DNA of 63,552 bases, counting the filler, from Octopus bimaculoides (taxonomy: Eukaryota): the NCBI RefSeq assembly GCF_001194135.2. It is 10 parts of 10 records of this genome, joined end to end, with 100 filler letters (N's around TTAATTAATTAA, not from the genome) between each part and the next. Parts side by side here need not be neighbours in the genome. Positions count along the whole stretch, not along the records: positions 1 to 18,042 come from NC_068985.1; positions 18,143 to 20,136 come from NC_068991.1; positions 20,237 to 33,436 come from NC_068981.1; 7 more parts are not named here. The stretch is one strand, 5' to 3'. Below, piece after piece: positions 13,410 through 26,939 of this stretch. The position numbers and the translations under genes are program-made. The notes under the pieces are model-generated. The model was not told where the DNA came from and did not search any database. It saw only the letters and a list, made by a program, of their open reading frames with translations. How positions within the stretch are numbered: the stretch's first letter is position 1; every line of letters begins with the position of its first letter.

Positions 13410-14741
13410 GCATATGTGTATGTTTAGTGTATATTTATATATATATATATATATACGCCAAAAACTATATGTTGTTTACATCTATACATACATTTATATG
13501 TGCGTACGAACGTACACATATATGTATATAATTATATAGTTATACATTTAGAGCCCCAGTGTTTGTTGAGTTTTATAGATCTGTAAATTTCATTGAACCT
13601 TAAAATCTTAAAAACAGAAATATTTATGTGACGATGTTCCCATAAACATTTACCAAAATTCTTTAGAAGTCCCAAGCATCATTGCATTTGCATTTGCCTT
13701 CTGCATTGAAACTCTCAACGTGATTCATAACATACGTTCTAACGTAATCAATACTTTCAAATACCTGTACACCATTATGGTGCCCCTGTGGTTATATTGA
13801 ATATCTAACAGCTCTTTATATAATAAGATGGGATTAACGTTCTCTCCAATATATACAATACGCAGAACACAAAATGTTGGAGTTACATTGATATGGATAA
13901 TATATTCATCAGAATGGTGATAGCACTTATATGGCTGCTCTCCCACCTGTTTGATACATACTCAAAATACACACATGCATGTGCACTTACCGATGCATCC
14001 ATATTTATACACATACGTGCATATATATATATATATATATATATTAATACATTTATATATTATCATCGATTAACGTCCTCTTTTCGATGAATGCATGGGT
14101 CTGAAAGAATTCTGTTGAGGAAGATTTTCCATGGTCAGATGCACTTCATACCCCTAACTCTTGCCTGTTTCAAAGTAAGATAATACTTCCCCAAGGTTGG
14201 ACATGTTTTTCGGAGAAGACTGGAAAAGAAACTGCATGACGGTGATGGTCGTTCACAATCATTATATAACAAGATAAGTGTACACACAAACATGTACACA
14301 CACACACTCAAAGACACATGCACACTCACTCACATAGAAATTCATATTATAAATATATTTCTTAGTATGTGTTTAGCTGTGTCTGTTCAAAGCTGGTTAT
14401 AACCACGAAACAGAAGTTAAGGTGAGAAAGTGGAGTATTCAGAAATATGTATTCGTTTAAAAGCAAAATCCATCATACTCCCGAAGTCAGATGCTTTCTC
14501 CAACTCCAAAAGTAGCTTTCACGTTTTTATACATCTCGAGTCTTCCTGAGAATATTATCACGCTTCTTCACAATTAATCTTCTGCCTTCCTTTGAATACG
14601 ACGTACCGCAGGAACAATCGCTCGAGTGGTAAGGGCTATATTCTGAGACAACAGCCCCATCAAAGGTACAAATTAAGGGAAAACATGTTCTACAAATAAT
14701 GACCGCATATTATGTTAGCAGTAGATGGACCTCTTGTTTAG

Positions 14742-14801
14742 TGGAAAACACTCCATCCACAAAAAGAGGGACGCTGGAGTCTGCTGAGATGCCCACTGAT
14801 G
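14742..14801 (+). CDS. Candidate 60-nt internal exon, function unknown
   Basis: ctcttgtttAG acceptor and perfect donor ATG|GTAAGT. Open in phase 1 (ENTPSTKRGTLESAEMPTD) and phase 0. No recognisable domain. Confidence 0.25.
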
Positions 14802-16004
14802 GTAAGTAATTTAGTTTAGGTTGAAATTTTTAATGGAGACGATCTCTGCTTTCACCGATCTGCCATGCCTTTGAATACAAGCTTACTTTCTGTTTCTGGA
14901 CGAGGAGTGTAAGCCCTTGCGTAACACAGTCTCAGGTCCTACCCACATGGAATGTTGGCTACAATCCAAGTTAAGTATCTAAACAGTACCCAGAGTGCTC
15001 ATAGTCATAAAAAACTCGTTTTTACTTCGTATTCTTTCAGTATGATGCCAGCAACCACCTCAATTTTCGAGACGTTTTCCCTAGGTCACAATGACCATTT
15101 CTCATTCCAGGTGATGGGAAACTCATTGTTTACACCTGGTTTACACATTAATATTTCAAAAATCAAACGTATGTTTAAAATGCCTTAACTATCAGAACGG
15201 ATGCTCTTCATGGAAACTTATGAAGCTATTTACTACGCAAGTTCATGCTGCAATTTATGTATCATGACTAGGACGGTTTTGACTTTAGAACTACATGATA
15301 GATGCCGATCTGCGGCTTCACAAACATTAATCACTTCCCAGCATATATTAGCTCAGCAGAAGATACACCTCCATGATCAGTACTAATCTAGGGCTACAAA
15401 TATATCTCGATATATATTGCTACAACTTGGGACAAACCTCCAGAATCATTTCTAGTCTCGTGCTACAACCTCATCCTCCCATACTCGGTAAACATTAGCA
15501 AAACAGAAATACATTAACATGATCAGAACTAGTCTGTGACTTACAGAACCACAATCAAATCTCGGCATATATTAGCAATGTAGGAGAAACATATGATACA
15601 TTAAAAATAAAGATTAAATAAATATGCAGAGAGTGTATAAATCTCAGATCCATAAGAAATGATGTTTACTATATAACTGCATACATCTGACAATATACTT
15701 AATTACACATTTTGAGATCACGTGTATTCCAAAATGTATGTAGCTACAATCTAAATTCCGCCAGGACAAAGAATAATACTGACTGGAAAGATTTTATCGT
15801 AAGAAAAGGTGCAGAAAGTAGTATGAAAAAATTGATTAAATATAGCGCATTGACATACCGCGCACATAAAGAGAAAGTCTCAATCATGAAAATACAAAGA
15901 AATATAAAAGAAACGAAGATCAATACTAGAGACAAGATACAAAATCAAATCATAACACAAAATCAGATGGAAGTATCTTATATATCTACATATATATAAC
16001 AAGA

Positions 16005-16735
16005 ATGTGTCTGTCTGTATGTCTGTATGGGTGCATCACTATAATTCGAGAACTACCCAACCGATTTCATTCAAATTGCACTCATGCCTTAGTTAGGGTC
16101 AATGAAAAAACTTTTCAACTTTTTGCCTAATACGAGCCCGGAGCAATCTCTTCTCTCTTCCCCTATTTCAGTATTATGCATCAAAAGTAAAGCAATAAAA
16201 TCTCTGTTGTAATGAGAGATAATGCTGTCAGTTTTAATAGTTTCACTATTAATACGGAAACTATTAAAATTGAAACTATTATCTCACATATGCACATGCA
16301 TATATATATATATATANNNNNNNNNNNNNNNNNNNNNNNNNNNNNNNNNNNNNNNNNNNNNNNNNNNNNNNNNNNNNNNNNNNNNNNNNNNNNNNNNNNN
16401 NNNNNNNNNNNNNNNNNNNNNNNNNNNNNNNNNNNNNNNNNNNNNNNNNNNNNNNNNNNNNNNNNNNNNNNNNNNNNNNNNNNNNNNNNNNNNNNNNNNN
16501 NNNNNNNNNNNNNNNNNNNNNNNNTATTTAAATCGTTATGTTAGAAAAATGTAATAAAGTTTTGAGTATAGTAACATTGTTTTTGGAGAAATAACCGGTT
16601 TCTCAAATTTCTCTACCTGTATCGTATCATGTCTTCGCTATGGTGTAAAATATGGAGCTCTAGATAGGGGAAGGTAATCAGGAATTTTTTCCGGTATAAG
16701 GGAGATAATCAAAAATGTTGGGGGGACTATGTTTG
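16005..16735. mobile_element. Possible non-autonomous Helitron/Helentron-like repeat (gap inside)
   Basis: (GTCT)n-like start followed by AACTACCCAACCGATTTCATTCAAA, and a subterminal palindrome at 16586-16613. Recognised by resemblance only. Confidence 0.3.
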
Positions 16736-16736
16736 A

Positions 16737-17985
16737 TTAATTTAACATTATTTGTTTTAGAAGGAATAGAATGTTACAAGTGGTTAGGTTTTGCATTATA
16801 TTTTTTTCAATGAGATGAGTTTCCTTATTTAATCTAATTTGTGTTGGTGTGCCAATGGCACATTGATAGAATGCAAAGATTACAAATTGGGGTTGCATTT
16901 GTTTTGCGCATTTCTCAATATGTTCGCTAAAGCGTATCATTCTGTATTCTGGGAATGCAAACTGCTGTCGATGCAGAGTGCATCTGCGTCTGAGTAATTA
17001 TCCAGTGGGCCCTATGTAGATTTGGTGGCAGCCCGAGCATCTTATGACATAAATCAGGTTTTCTGAAGCACAAGTAAAGTCAGATTTGATTTTGAATTGT
17101 TGTCCCTCTTTGAAAAGGAATTCTGATCCTTCTAGAAGGTATGGGCATGTTTCGCAATGTGGTCGACCACATTTTTTCACTTCTGCATCTGTTATTTTGG
17201 GAAATAACTTTGCCTTTGTGAGGATCTTTTTTTAGTGATTTCGGTTGTTTGTAGATTTTAATGATTTTATGTGTGTGTACAATTTCCTTTAATTTGGGGT
17301 CCTTATGTAGCACTGGTAAATTTCGGATGATGATGGTGAGGGCCTCTTTGTTTTTGGGGTTGTATGTGGATATGTACGGCAGTATTTTCGGGGAAGGTGG
17401 GTTGCTGTATTGAACTTTTCTTAAGTTTTCTATGTCGCTTTGTGATGCAAGTCTGATTCCATCCTCTATGAGTTGAACTGGGTAGTGTCTGTCAATTAGG
17501 GTATTTTTGAGTTCTTGCAGTCTAAAGTCTCTGGTATTTTGTTCTGACACTATTGTGCATATCCTTCTGGCAAGGTTGAAGGGGATCTTTCTTTTGGTGT
17601 GTCTTGGGTAGCATGAATCAAATAGTAGATATTGTTTGGCATCTGTGGTTTTGTAACATATGTCCGTTTCTATGTTTAAGTTTATTTTTTTAATTAGTAT
17701 ATCCAAGAATGGGAGCTCCTTTTGGTTGTATTCCATTGTGAACTGTATATTTGTGTCAACGCTGTTCAATAGACTTTTGAATTTCAGGAGCTTATCTGTG
17801 TTTTTTTTTCCAGAGTATGAAACAGTCGTCCAGGAATCTTTTCCAATTTTCTTTTACGTATTGGTTAAGAGGATTTCCAAAGGTAGATAAAGATTCCTGG
17901 TATATTATTACTTCCAAGTAACACATTGTTAGGTTCGCAATGACTGGAGCTGCCCTAGGGCCTATAGCATTTCCAGATTTGTATG
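16737..17985 (-). mobile_element. Penelope-like element fragment (RT C-terminal part plus GIY-YIG endonuclease)
   Basis: AIGPRAAPVIANLTM, WKRFLDDCFILW, IQFTMEYNQKELPFLDILI, CGRPHCETCPY, FTCASENLIYVIRCSGCHQIYIG. Frameshifted. Confidence 0.85.
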
Positions 17986-18412
17986 TATATATATATTTAC
18001 ATATATGCATGCAAATGTATAGATGTATAAGTATAAATGTATNNNNNNNNNNNNNNNNNNNNNNNNNNNNNNNNNNNNNNNNNNNNTTAATTAATTAANN
18101 NNNNNNNNNNNNNNNNNNNNNNNNNNNNNNNNNNNNNNNNNNTGTTTGTATGTATGCATGTTATCTTTTACATATAAGAGAGATGACCACTAAGTGGACA
18201 TCCATTATGCTAGAAGTAGACCCCATATGGTCTGACCACTAAGAAATGATTGTTCTCAAGAAAATTCAGCAAATGCCAGAACGTAAGCGAGTCCGACAAA
18301 TGAAAAAATTCAAAATATAAAGATTAATCACATACCCGGTTTCATTGTTACCACTTACATAATACTTACGTAAATGTCCGCAATTCATCAGTGTGATTTG
18401 GGAAAAGTAACC

Positions 18413-19195
18413 ATGCCACGCACAAAAAATTCAGCAAAACTGTCAGATTTTCAAAGAGGTCGTATTGTTGGGCAATCTGAGGCTGGTCTTAGCCAGCAAA
18501 AAATTGCTGAAAATTTCAAATTCCTCTTGTTGCTGTTAATAGAATTATAGTGCAATTCAAAAGCGAAGGAAAAGAGTCAACAGGTTCTTGTCCCAGCTGA
18601 CCTGGGCCCTCAGAAAGGAAGCTTAGCTGTTTGAAGAGAATTGTGGAAAACGAACCCTTTTTGAAGGCTTCTGACATTGCAAAACAGCTAGAAGTTAGTC
18701 CAAGAATGTGTGCTACCTATCTGCATAAGCTTGGGTATTATGGACGAGCAGCTAGAAGAAAACCTCTCCTTCAACCAATTAATATCTTGGAAAGAAGGAA
18801 ATGGGCTAAGGAGATGTCAGAAAAATCTAGTTCATTTTGGGATAGAGTAATTTTCTCAGATGAATCCAGATTTGCATTATTTTCAGACAGTGGTGTGTTT
18901 GGATCTGGAGGCTTCCCAATCAAGAATTTGATTTGAAACAACTCCAGCCAACTGTAAGACATGGCGGTATCTCTGTAATGGCATGCGGAGCTGTCACCAG
19001 CAATGGTCATTCTGAGCTGATCGAATGTGTTGGAACCATAAACTCTGAAAAATACATTGAAATATTTAAGCAAGGACTACTTCCGATATATTCACACAAT
19101 ACCATAATGAAAAATGAGTTTTTATTCATGGAAAATGGGGCTCCATGCCACGCAGCGAAAAGGAATCAACAATGGCCGACTGAAAATGGGAGCAA
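18413..19195 (+). pseudogene. Tc1/mariner transposase relic
   Basis: [67 protein letters not shown]. Truncated before the final catalytic E. Confidence 0.85.
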
Positions 19196-20060
19196 AATGG
19201 GAGCAAAAGGCTTCAAGTAATACGTCTCTAAATTTCTGTCCATTTGCAGGATCTTTAAGATTCCAGACCCTTCTCCTCCAAGCTGGTCTATTTCTGGGCA
19301 TCCATTTAGCCCTGATCCCAAAATCGCTAACTACTAATCTATGTTGAGGGGTAAATTTTTTGCTTGGGAAGGTTTTGGCATTTATAAGCAGCCCTCTTTC
19401 CCTTTTTCGGGCGAGGATGTAGTCAATTTGGCTAGTGTTTCTACCAGAACGGTAGGTGACTAGGTGACTGCCGGGTTTCCTGAAGTTGGTATTGCAAACC
19501 ATAAGATCATTTGCGTCACAGAACTCCAGCAGTCTGGTTCCCTCCTCATTGTGGGAACTAAAGCCATAGCCTCCATGTACGCCATGGAAGCCCCCTGCAT
19601 GTTGTCCAACATCCATTGAAATCACCAGCCACAAAGAGAAGGTCCCTGTCATTCGTCAGTGAGGTAGTCTGCAATAGGGTGTCGTAAAATTGGTCTTACT
19701 GCTCATCCGTTAGCCCCGATTGAGGGGCATAGGCTGAGATAATGGTAGCTAACCTATGGTGAAGCACTAATCTAATCTTAAGTACTCTGTCACATACTCT
19801 GACTACCTTGATTACCTTATCAACCCATTTCTCCACAAGAAGTATACCTTCGCCACCGACCCCGTCAGTGTTCCCTGCCCAAAAACTCTTGTACCTGTGT
19901 TCTTTGCCTGTGAGGAACCTAGCAGAACCTCCTCTCCACCTTACTTCTTGGATGCAGCACAAATCTACCCGTCTCCGTTCAAGCATCTCAACAATCTCAC
20001 CAGACCTACCTTTCAGTGTGCCGACGTTGAGTGTGCCGTTGAAATGTGACGATTAACAGA
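19195..20060 (-). mobile_element. RTE-clade LINE 5' fragment (APE endonuclease only)
   Basis: GTLNVGTLKG, VDLCCIQEVRWRG, IISAYAPQSG, GGYGFSSHNEEGTRLLEFC, SQIDYIL, QHRLVVSDF. Confidence 0.85.
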
Positions 20061-22515
20061 TATGTATGGACTTAAGACAAACAAGGAAGATGAAGCTATC
20101 GGAACTATGTTTCCATGGTAAGGAAATAGATAGATANNNNNNNNNNNNNNNNNNNNNNNNNNNNNNNNNNNNNNNNNNNNTTAATTAATTAANNNNNNNN
20201 NNNNNNNNNNNNNNNNNNNNNNNNNNNNNNNNNNNNAACCCAGAACCATGTGGTTGGTAAGCAAGCTACTTACCACACAGCCACTCCTAAGTAAAACTTT
20301 TCAAACTCGGATAATATACAATGTATGGGTGACTGTAAAGATGCATAATACGCATTTTTAAAGACACACACACACACACACACGCACGCATACATTTATA
20401 CACTTATACAGCTATCTACACTCACACGTACGTATATGCGCACATACATACAAATACGAAAATGTCCTATAAACAATTTGTGGAATTTTTTATCCGCACC
20501 AACAGTTACATGTACGGCGTCAGGGGACAGATCAGTCTTGAAAAGACAAGAGCCAGGGAAATGAATGGGCTTAATCGGATAACGAACATGTATCGCCGGC
20601 TCTGCTCACTGAGGACTTACCGCCGATGTACAGTTCTCACACGATCCATTGTATGGACCTTCTCCGTGGTCGATCGGCCTTTTGAAAATAGAAATAGTAA
20701 CCAAATCTCATTCAGATTTATACTTTTTTATATTTTAAAGAGAGAAGGAATAGTTGTATTATGTAGTCCTGGAAGTAGGCTGTATGAAAATTAAAAAAAA
20801 AAACGAAATGATCACGGTTACCCCCTCTCCTGATCGTGGGCCTACTTTACCAGGACTTATCTCGAGTTAAACAACAACTATAGCTCGTATGTATACACGC
20901 GGAGGTTTATGTAGCTTCTCGGCGTGTTTAGAAATAGCAACCAGCTTGCCTCAAACTGTCTAGTTAGTAGGGAAGGCAATGCTTATGACCCTTTTCAGGG
21001 CCTTCGGGACTTCTGGGCCAGGGAGAAGAAGGAAACGTATACTCAAACCGGCAAACCCGAATGCTTGCAAATTGAGCGAACAACCAAGGACCAAGTTAGG
21101 GTATATTCAAACAGGCGACGAGTTATGTCAACATCCCTAACTTTGAAAACCACTAAAAATAATAATAATAAAAAAATGGACAACATTGTTTCTAATATTC
21201 TTTCCATTATAAGCAGAAGGCCTGAAATTTAGGGGGTGGGTGAAGACTTATCGCTTTCACCGACATCTTGGCTCGACTGATGTTTAATTTTATTGATCCC
21301 GAAAGGATGAAAGGCAAATTCGACCTCAGTGGAATTTGAACTCAGAACGTAAAGAAGGAAGAAATGTCGCTAAGTAATTTTGTCCGGCGTGCAAACGATT
21401 CTACAAGCCCGCCATCTTTTTTATTTAGTCGCTGATCTACAAAAATAACGAGATAATTATCTTAGATTTTCTTGGTCAGAATTGACCCAGGACTAAGCAA
21501 CACCAGCAACATCAACGATGATAGATAAAAAATTCACATTTAAATTACTGTCACACGAGCACACACATATACGAGCACGCACACAAGCACACGCACATAC
21601 ATACACACACACGCACGCACGACATTTTTTCTATTATAAAACAGCGAACAAACTTTGCTTCACTCAGCAGGATTATCTTACAGGTCGAAAGAAAGTGACA
21701 CCACCATATCAGACGATATACCAACTAATTTGGTATTTTACATATTTATTTATTGTTAGATTTCATAGCTTTAGTAATGGCCGATTTTCACTAATCTTTT
21801 ATTTGTTTATTCTTCTTGTTCATAATAAATGTTTATACGTTAAGTTTCCTTTTTAATATTTTTTGCTTTATGCTTTTTTTTTCTGATTTATTACTTCATC
21901 GCTGTCATATCTGAAGATTCAATTATAATTGTAGCAAAATATTTGGCAAAAGATATTTCATTCAATTAAATGAGGGTAGCTGTTGGGTGGCTTTGAGACA
22001 CTACAAGCATTGTGCCTAGACAACATAATTCATTTAAACATCCTAATCCGTCTTATAAACTTTGAATGACGTGTAAGTGATAAGGTGAAAGGCATGAAGT
22101 TTTTAACGAAGAAAATCTGTCGGCGTTTCAACTCACTGGCGTGTCACATACGGTATTTATTATTCTCTCGGTTGTAGGCATGAACTCTTAATCTTCCAGT
22201 TGCTATTATCCTTTTAACACTGATGTCCACTTGAGTAATCCTTGTTGTAAAATAACTTGTCTCAGGCTTAATGTCTGGAATTTGAGAAGACTGATGATGT
22301 GCTTCGCCGATAACAATTAATCTCTTGAAAGAAATTAATGAAAGTGTTTGCTAAGTTCCTTGGGGAGCAAAATATCTCACGTTTCGAACCTTTGTACTTT
22401 ATCAAGAATGAGACAGAGAGAGACAGAGAACCCGGTGTTGTCACTTTGGCCGTAAGCTAATGAAAATTCTCCTATCTTACAATCAAATCGACAATACTCT
22501 TTCTTTCCCGCTCTA

Positions 22516-22576
<61 letters not shown>

Positions 22577-24258
22577 TTACCCACTCTCACACGAACGAAA
22601 TAATCTGAAACGTTAAATTCTCTAACTGATTTCTTACATTGGTACACGACCATATGTAGCAGTTGAAGACCAATTAAATTTACTCCATTTCACGACTAGT
22701 ATTTATTTATTGAATGTAGAGTGAGAGCAAATGCCAGTTTGACTCTGGCAGTCATTTGAACTCTGTGAATAAAGCATTTAATCTAGTATTCTATCGTTAC
22801 TAACACTCCACTCTCTTCTGCAGTGGCGGCGGCGGCGGTGGTGGTGTTTAGCTCCAAACAAGTCCTGACCGAACAAATACATGATCAAATGTGTTCTCGC
22901 CATGGCTACTCCACCATTTTTTGGGAAGCGTGTAGAGTTACATGTTACATTACGTCATTTAACCTTTCTTATTTTGAGACGGAAGCTGTAATTGAAGGGC
23001 AATTTGGTTTTTTATTTCAAATTTCAAAAAATATTGTAGAAGCAGCCAAATATCCCTCAAAACTTCAACTCAACACCGGTCAAACAGATTTCTGATCAAC
23101 TACAAGATGTCTAGATCTACATTAACTAATGTATGTCCTTCAAGGTGGACTAGGAATTGAGGAAGACTTGGCTGCTGTTTCTATCCGGCTGTGCAACCAT
23201 ATAATTTCTTTCGTTGTTTCATAGAAAGTAGGAGTAGTGAGAAATGATAGGGCGTTAGTATTTAATTTACACTCTCTTCAAGGAATTAACTTGACCTTTT
23301 TATTTCGGTAGGATCGATAAATTAATCCCTACTATAGGCTTATTGATTATACCTCTTCATTGTGAAAATCAATTCTACCTGGTCACTGTAGGTATTACGG
23401 GCCCTTGGACGAAGCAATACATTGACTAATCTAGAATTTATGATCAAAACTTGGTTTTTGTATTTGGTTTGCAAGATTCTTGAAGGGAATTCGTGTGTTG
23501 AAACAAATTTTGTTGTGTCATAGGATAGCGATTATCCCAGTAATATTATTGGCGTAATGACTCTCTCAAGATACAAGTTACGAGCAAAATATCGGTTAGA
23601 ATTACAAATCAATAATCCTCGATTTCGGGGAAGTGATTCACGGGAGGTAACTGCCGTTTGGTGAAGGCGCGTGGCTTAGTGGTTAGGGTGTTTCACTCAC
23701 GATTACTGGACCTGGTGATGCGCGTTCATGAGCAAAACATCTTATTCCTGTTGCTCCAGGCCACTCAGCTGTGCATGAGTGACCCTTCGACGGACTGGCG
23801 TCCTGTTCAAGGAAAACGCTGAAATCGAGGTCAGTTAAACGCCATAGAAACAAGGTATCTGGCCCTCTGAATCGGGGTTTTACACTCACGACACAAGACT
23901 GTGGTTTCGATTCCCGGACCGGGCGGTGCGTTGTATCTTGATCATAACACTTCATTTCTCATTGCTCCAATTCGCTCAGCATTAAGATCTAAGCCTGCGA
24001 CAGACTGGCGTCCCATTCAAAGGGAATGTTGTGATTTTAGTCAATTATACGGCCCTCTGGGTCCAACGACTCGATACAGTACTTAAATAATTATCATTTG
24101 CGCTTAGGGATTATTTCCAATCTGTTCTTTGCATATCACTCCTCCGGCGCATACTTTACATTTCTTTAGTGCGTGTATAGCTTTCTTTAACTGTCCACAG
24201 TTAAAAATAGATAAGTGAAACTTCGTGCAGAACAGATTATATGCTAAATATACTTCGC

Positions 24259-24306
<48 letters not shown>

Positions 24307-24331
24307 CACGAATAGTCAAGAAGGAAGGAGA

Positions 24332-24371
<40 letters not shown>

Positions 24372-24660
24372 AGTACGAAATAGCCCGGCTATGGTAAATG
24401 AAGGAGGTGAAGACAGTGCCAATTATTGTTGGGTCCTTGGGAACAGTATCAGAAGGTATCAAGAGAGATATAAAGGAAATTGGAATAAAATGCCCAGTAG
24501 AACTGTTACAAAAGGTTTGCCTTCTTAGCACGGCCAGAATAATCAGGAAAGTATTGGATAACTGAAAAGAACGTATAGTATGGTACCGTAGGCTGCATGT
24601 AGTAAGTCCACTACGCATGCAAAATTCCAGGAACTCCAACAAAACCTGTGATAAAAAGAA

Positions 24661-24698
<38 letters not shown>

Positions 24699-26510
24699 AA
24701 AATATTATAAAATAACCACCATAGGACTGCAAAAATACCTACTCCAGAAGCAAGGAAAACTAATACAAATAGCCACAAAACACGAGCAAAACAAAAAACT
24801 GTTTTCAGTATTTAAGGAAGCTGACAAATACAAACAAGAAATCAATCTACCTAACAAATACGAAGAAGAAGAAGAAGAAGAAGAAGAAGAAGAAGNNNNN
24901 NNNNNNNNNNNNNNNNNNNNNNNNNNNNNNNNNNNNNNNNNNNNNNNNNNNNNNNNNNNNNNNNNNNNNNNNNNNNNNNNNNNNNNNNNNNNNNNNNNNN
25001 NNNNNNNNNNNNNNNNNNNNNNNNNNNNNNNNNNNNNNNNNNNNNNNNNNNNNNNNNNNNNNNNNNNNNNNNNNNNNNNNNNNNNNNNNNNNNNNNNNNN
25101 NNNNNNNNNNNNNNNNNNNNNNNNNNNNNNNNNNNNNNNNNNNNNNNNNNNNNNNNNNNNNNNNNNNNNNNNNNNNNNNNNNNNNNNNNNNNNNNNNNNN
25201 NNNNNNNNNNNNNNNNNNNNNNNNNNNNNNNNNNNNNNNNNNNNNNNNNNNNNNNNNNNNNNNNNNNNNNNNNNNNNNNNNNNNNNNNNNNNNNNNNNNN
25301 NNNNNNNNNNNNNNNNNNNNNNNNNNNNNNNNNNNNNNNNNNNNNNNNNNNNNNNNNNNNNNNNNNNNNNNNNNNNNNNNNNNNNNNNNNNNNNNNNNNN
25401 NNNNNNNNNNNNNNNNNNNNNNNNNNNNNNNNNNNNNNNNNNNNNNNNNNNNNNNNNNNNNNNNNNNNNNNNNNNNNNNNNNNNNNNNNNNNNNNNNNNN
25501 NNNNNNNNNNNNNNNNNNNNNNNNNNNNNNNNNNNNNNNNNNNNNNNNNNNNNNNNNNNNNNNNNNNNNNNNNNNNNNNNNNNNNNNNNNNNNNNNNNNN
25601 NNNNNNNNNNNNNNNNNNNNNNNNNNNNNNNNNNNNNNNNNNNNNNNNNNNNNNNNNNNNNNNNNNNNNNNNNNNNNNNNNNNNNNNNNNNNNNNNNNNN
25701 NNNNNNNNNNNNNNNNNNNNNNNNNNNNNNNNNNNNNNNNNNNNNNNNNNNNNNNNNNNNNNNNNNNNNNNNNNNNNNNNNNNNNNNNNNNNNNNNNNNN
25801 NNNNNNNNNNNNNNNNNNNNNNNNNNNNNNNNNNNNNNNNNNNNNNNNNNNNNNNNNNNNNNNNNNNNNNNNNNNNNNNNNNNNNNNNNNNNACGTTATA
25901 AAAATAAAACTACTGAACAATAATAATAATAATTAATAAATAAAAAAATATTCAGACAAATACATAACAAAAACACCAGGACTTACAAATATATATAACA
26001 TACAGAAAATTGCACTACTGGGCACTGCACACATCCTACGCAAAACTCTTTCAATACAGTAACCATAAGAGCATCACAGCAAACCACAGCACATACCCAA
26101 GGCACACAGAGCTGCACTCGGTAGTGAAGTGAAAGCACGTTATAAAAATAAAACTACTGAATAATAATAATAATAATGAAAATAATAATAATAATGAAAA
26201 TAATAATGAAAATAATAATAATATGACAGGTTAGCTTGGGAGGTTAAGTAGTTGTGGTCGAAGAAAAAGGTGGTAGTAGTACCAATAATTGTCGGAGCCC
26301 TGGGAACAATGAGTAAAAGTCTTGAGATGTTCATGGAACAAATAGGGGCCGCAATAAGGGTGGAGCACTTGTAGAAAACAGCACTGCTTGGAACCGCTCG
26401 AATACTCCGGAAGGTGTTCGAAAAATAAGAGGTGTTACATTAGTTCACTGGCAGTGAACAGTTGATACCGTAGTACATCTTCAGCGTTAGAAGCTGTGCA
26501 AAGGCAATCA
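24307..26510 (+). mobile_element. Four tandem 5'-truncated R4/Dong-like fragments separated by (TAA)n
   Basis: About 24307-24660 (VPIIVGSLGTVS...LLQKVCLLSTARIIRKVL*), 24695-25917 (ITTIGLQKYL...HEQNKKLFSVFKEADKY, then gap), 25940-26161 (IQKIALLGTAHILRKTL*) and 26222-26510 (VPIIVGALGTMSKSL...TALLGTARILRKVF*). Confidence 0.8.
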
Positions 26511-26939
26511 TAATAATAATAATAATAATAATAATAATATTTTCTACTGGAAGCACAAGGCCTCAGATTTGGGGAAGGGATTAGGTCGATTACTTCGATC
26601 CCAGTGTCTAACTCAGAATTTGAACTCAGAACGTAGTGGCAGACGATATATCGTTAAGCATTTTCGTCCAGCGCGCTAACGATTCTTATTTCTTTATTGC
26701 CCACAAGGGGCTACACACAGAGGGGACAAACAAGAACAGACAAAGGGATTAAGACGATTACATCGACCCCAGTGCGTAAATGGTACTAAATTTATCGACC
26801 CTGAAAGGATAAAAGGCAAAGTCGACCTCGGCGGAATTTGAACTCAGAACGTAACGGCAGACGAAATACCGCAAAGCATTTCGCCCGGCGTGCTAACGAT
26901 TCTGCCAGCTTGCCACCTTATTAATAATCCTTTCTACTA

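Noticed and set aside
16586-16613. GAGAAAT...ATTTCTC hairpin with GAAACCGGT on the minus strand
   Set aside because: It lacks the CUGANGA core and stem II. Better explained as a subterminal palindrome of a DNA repeat.
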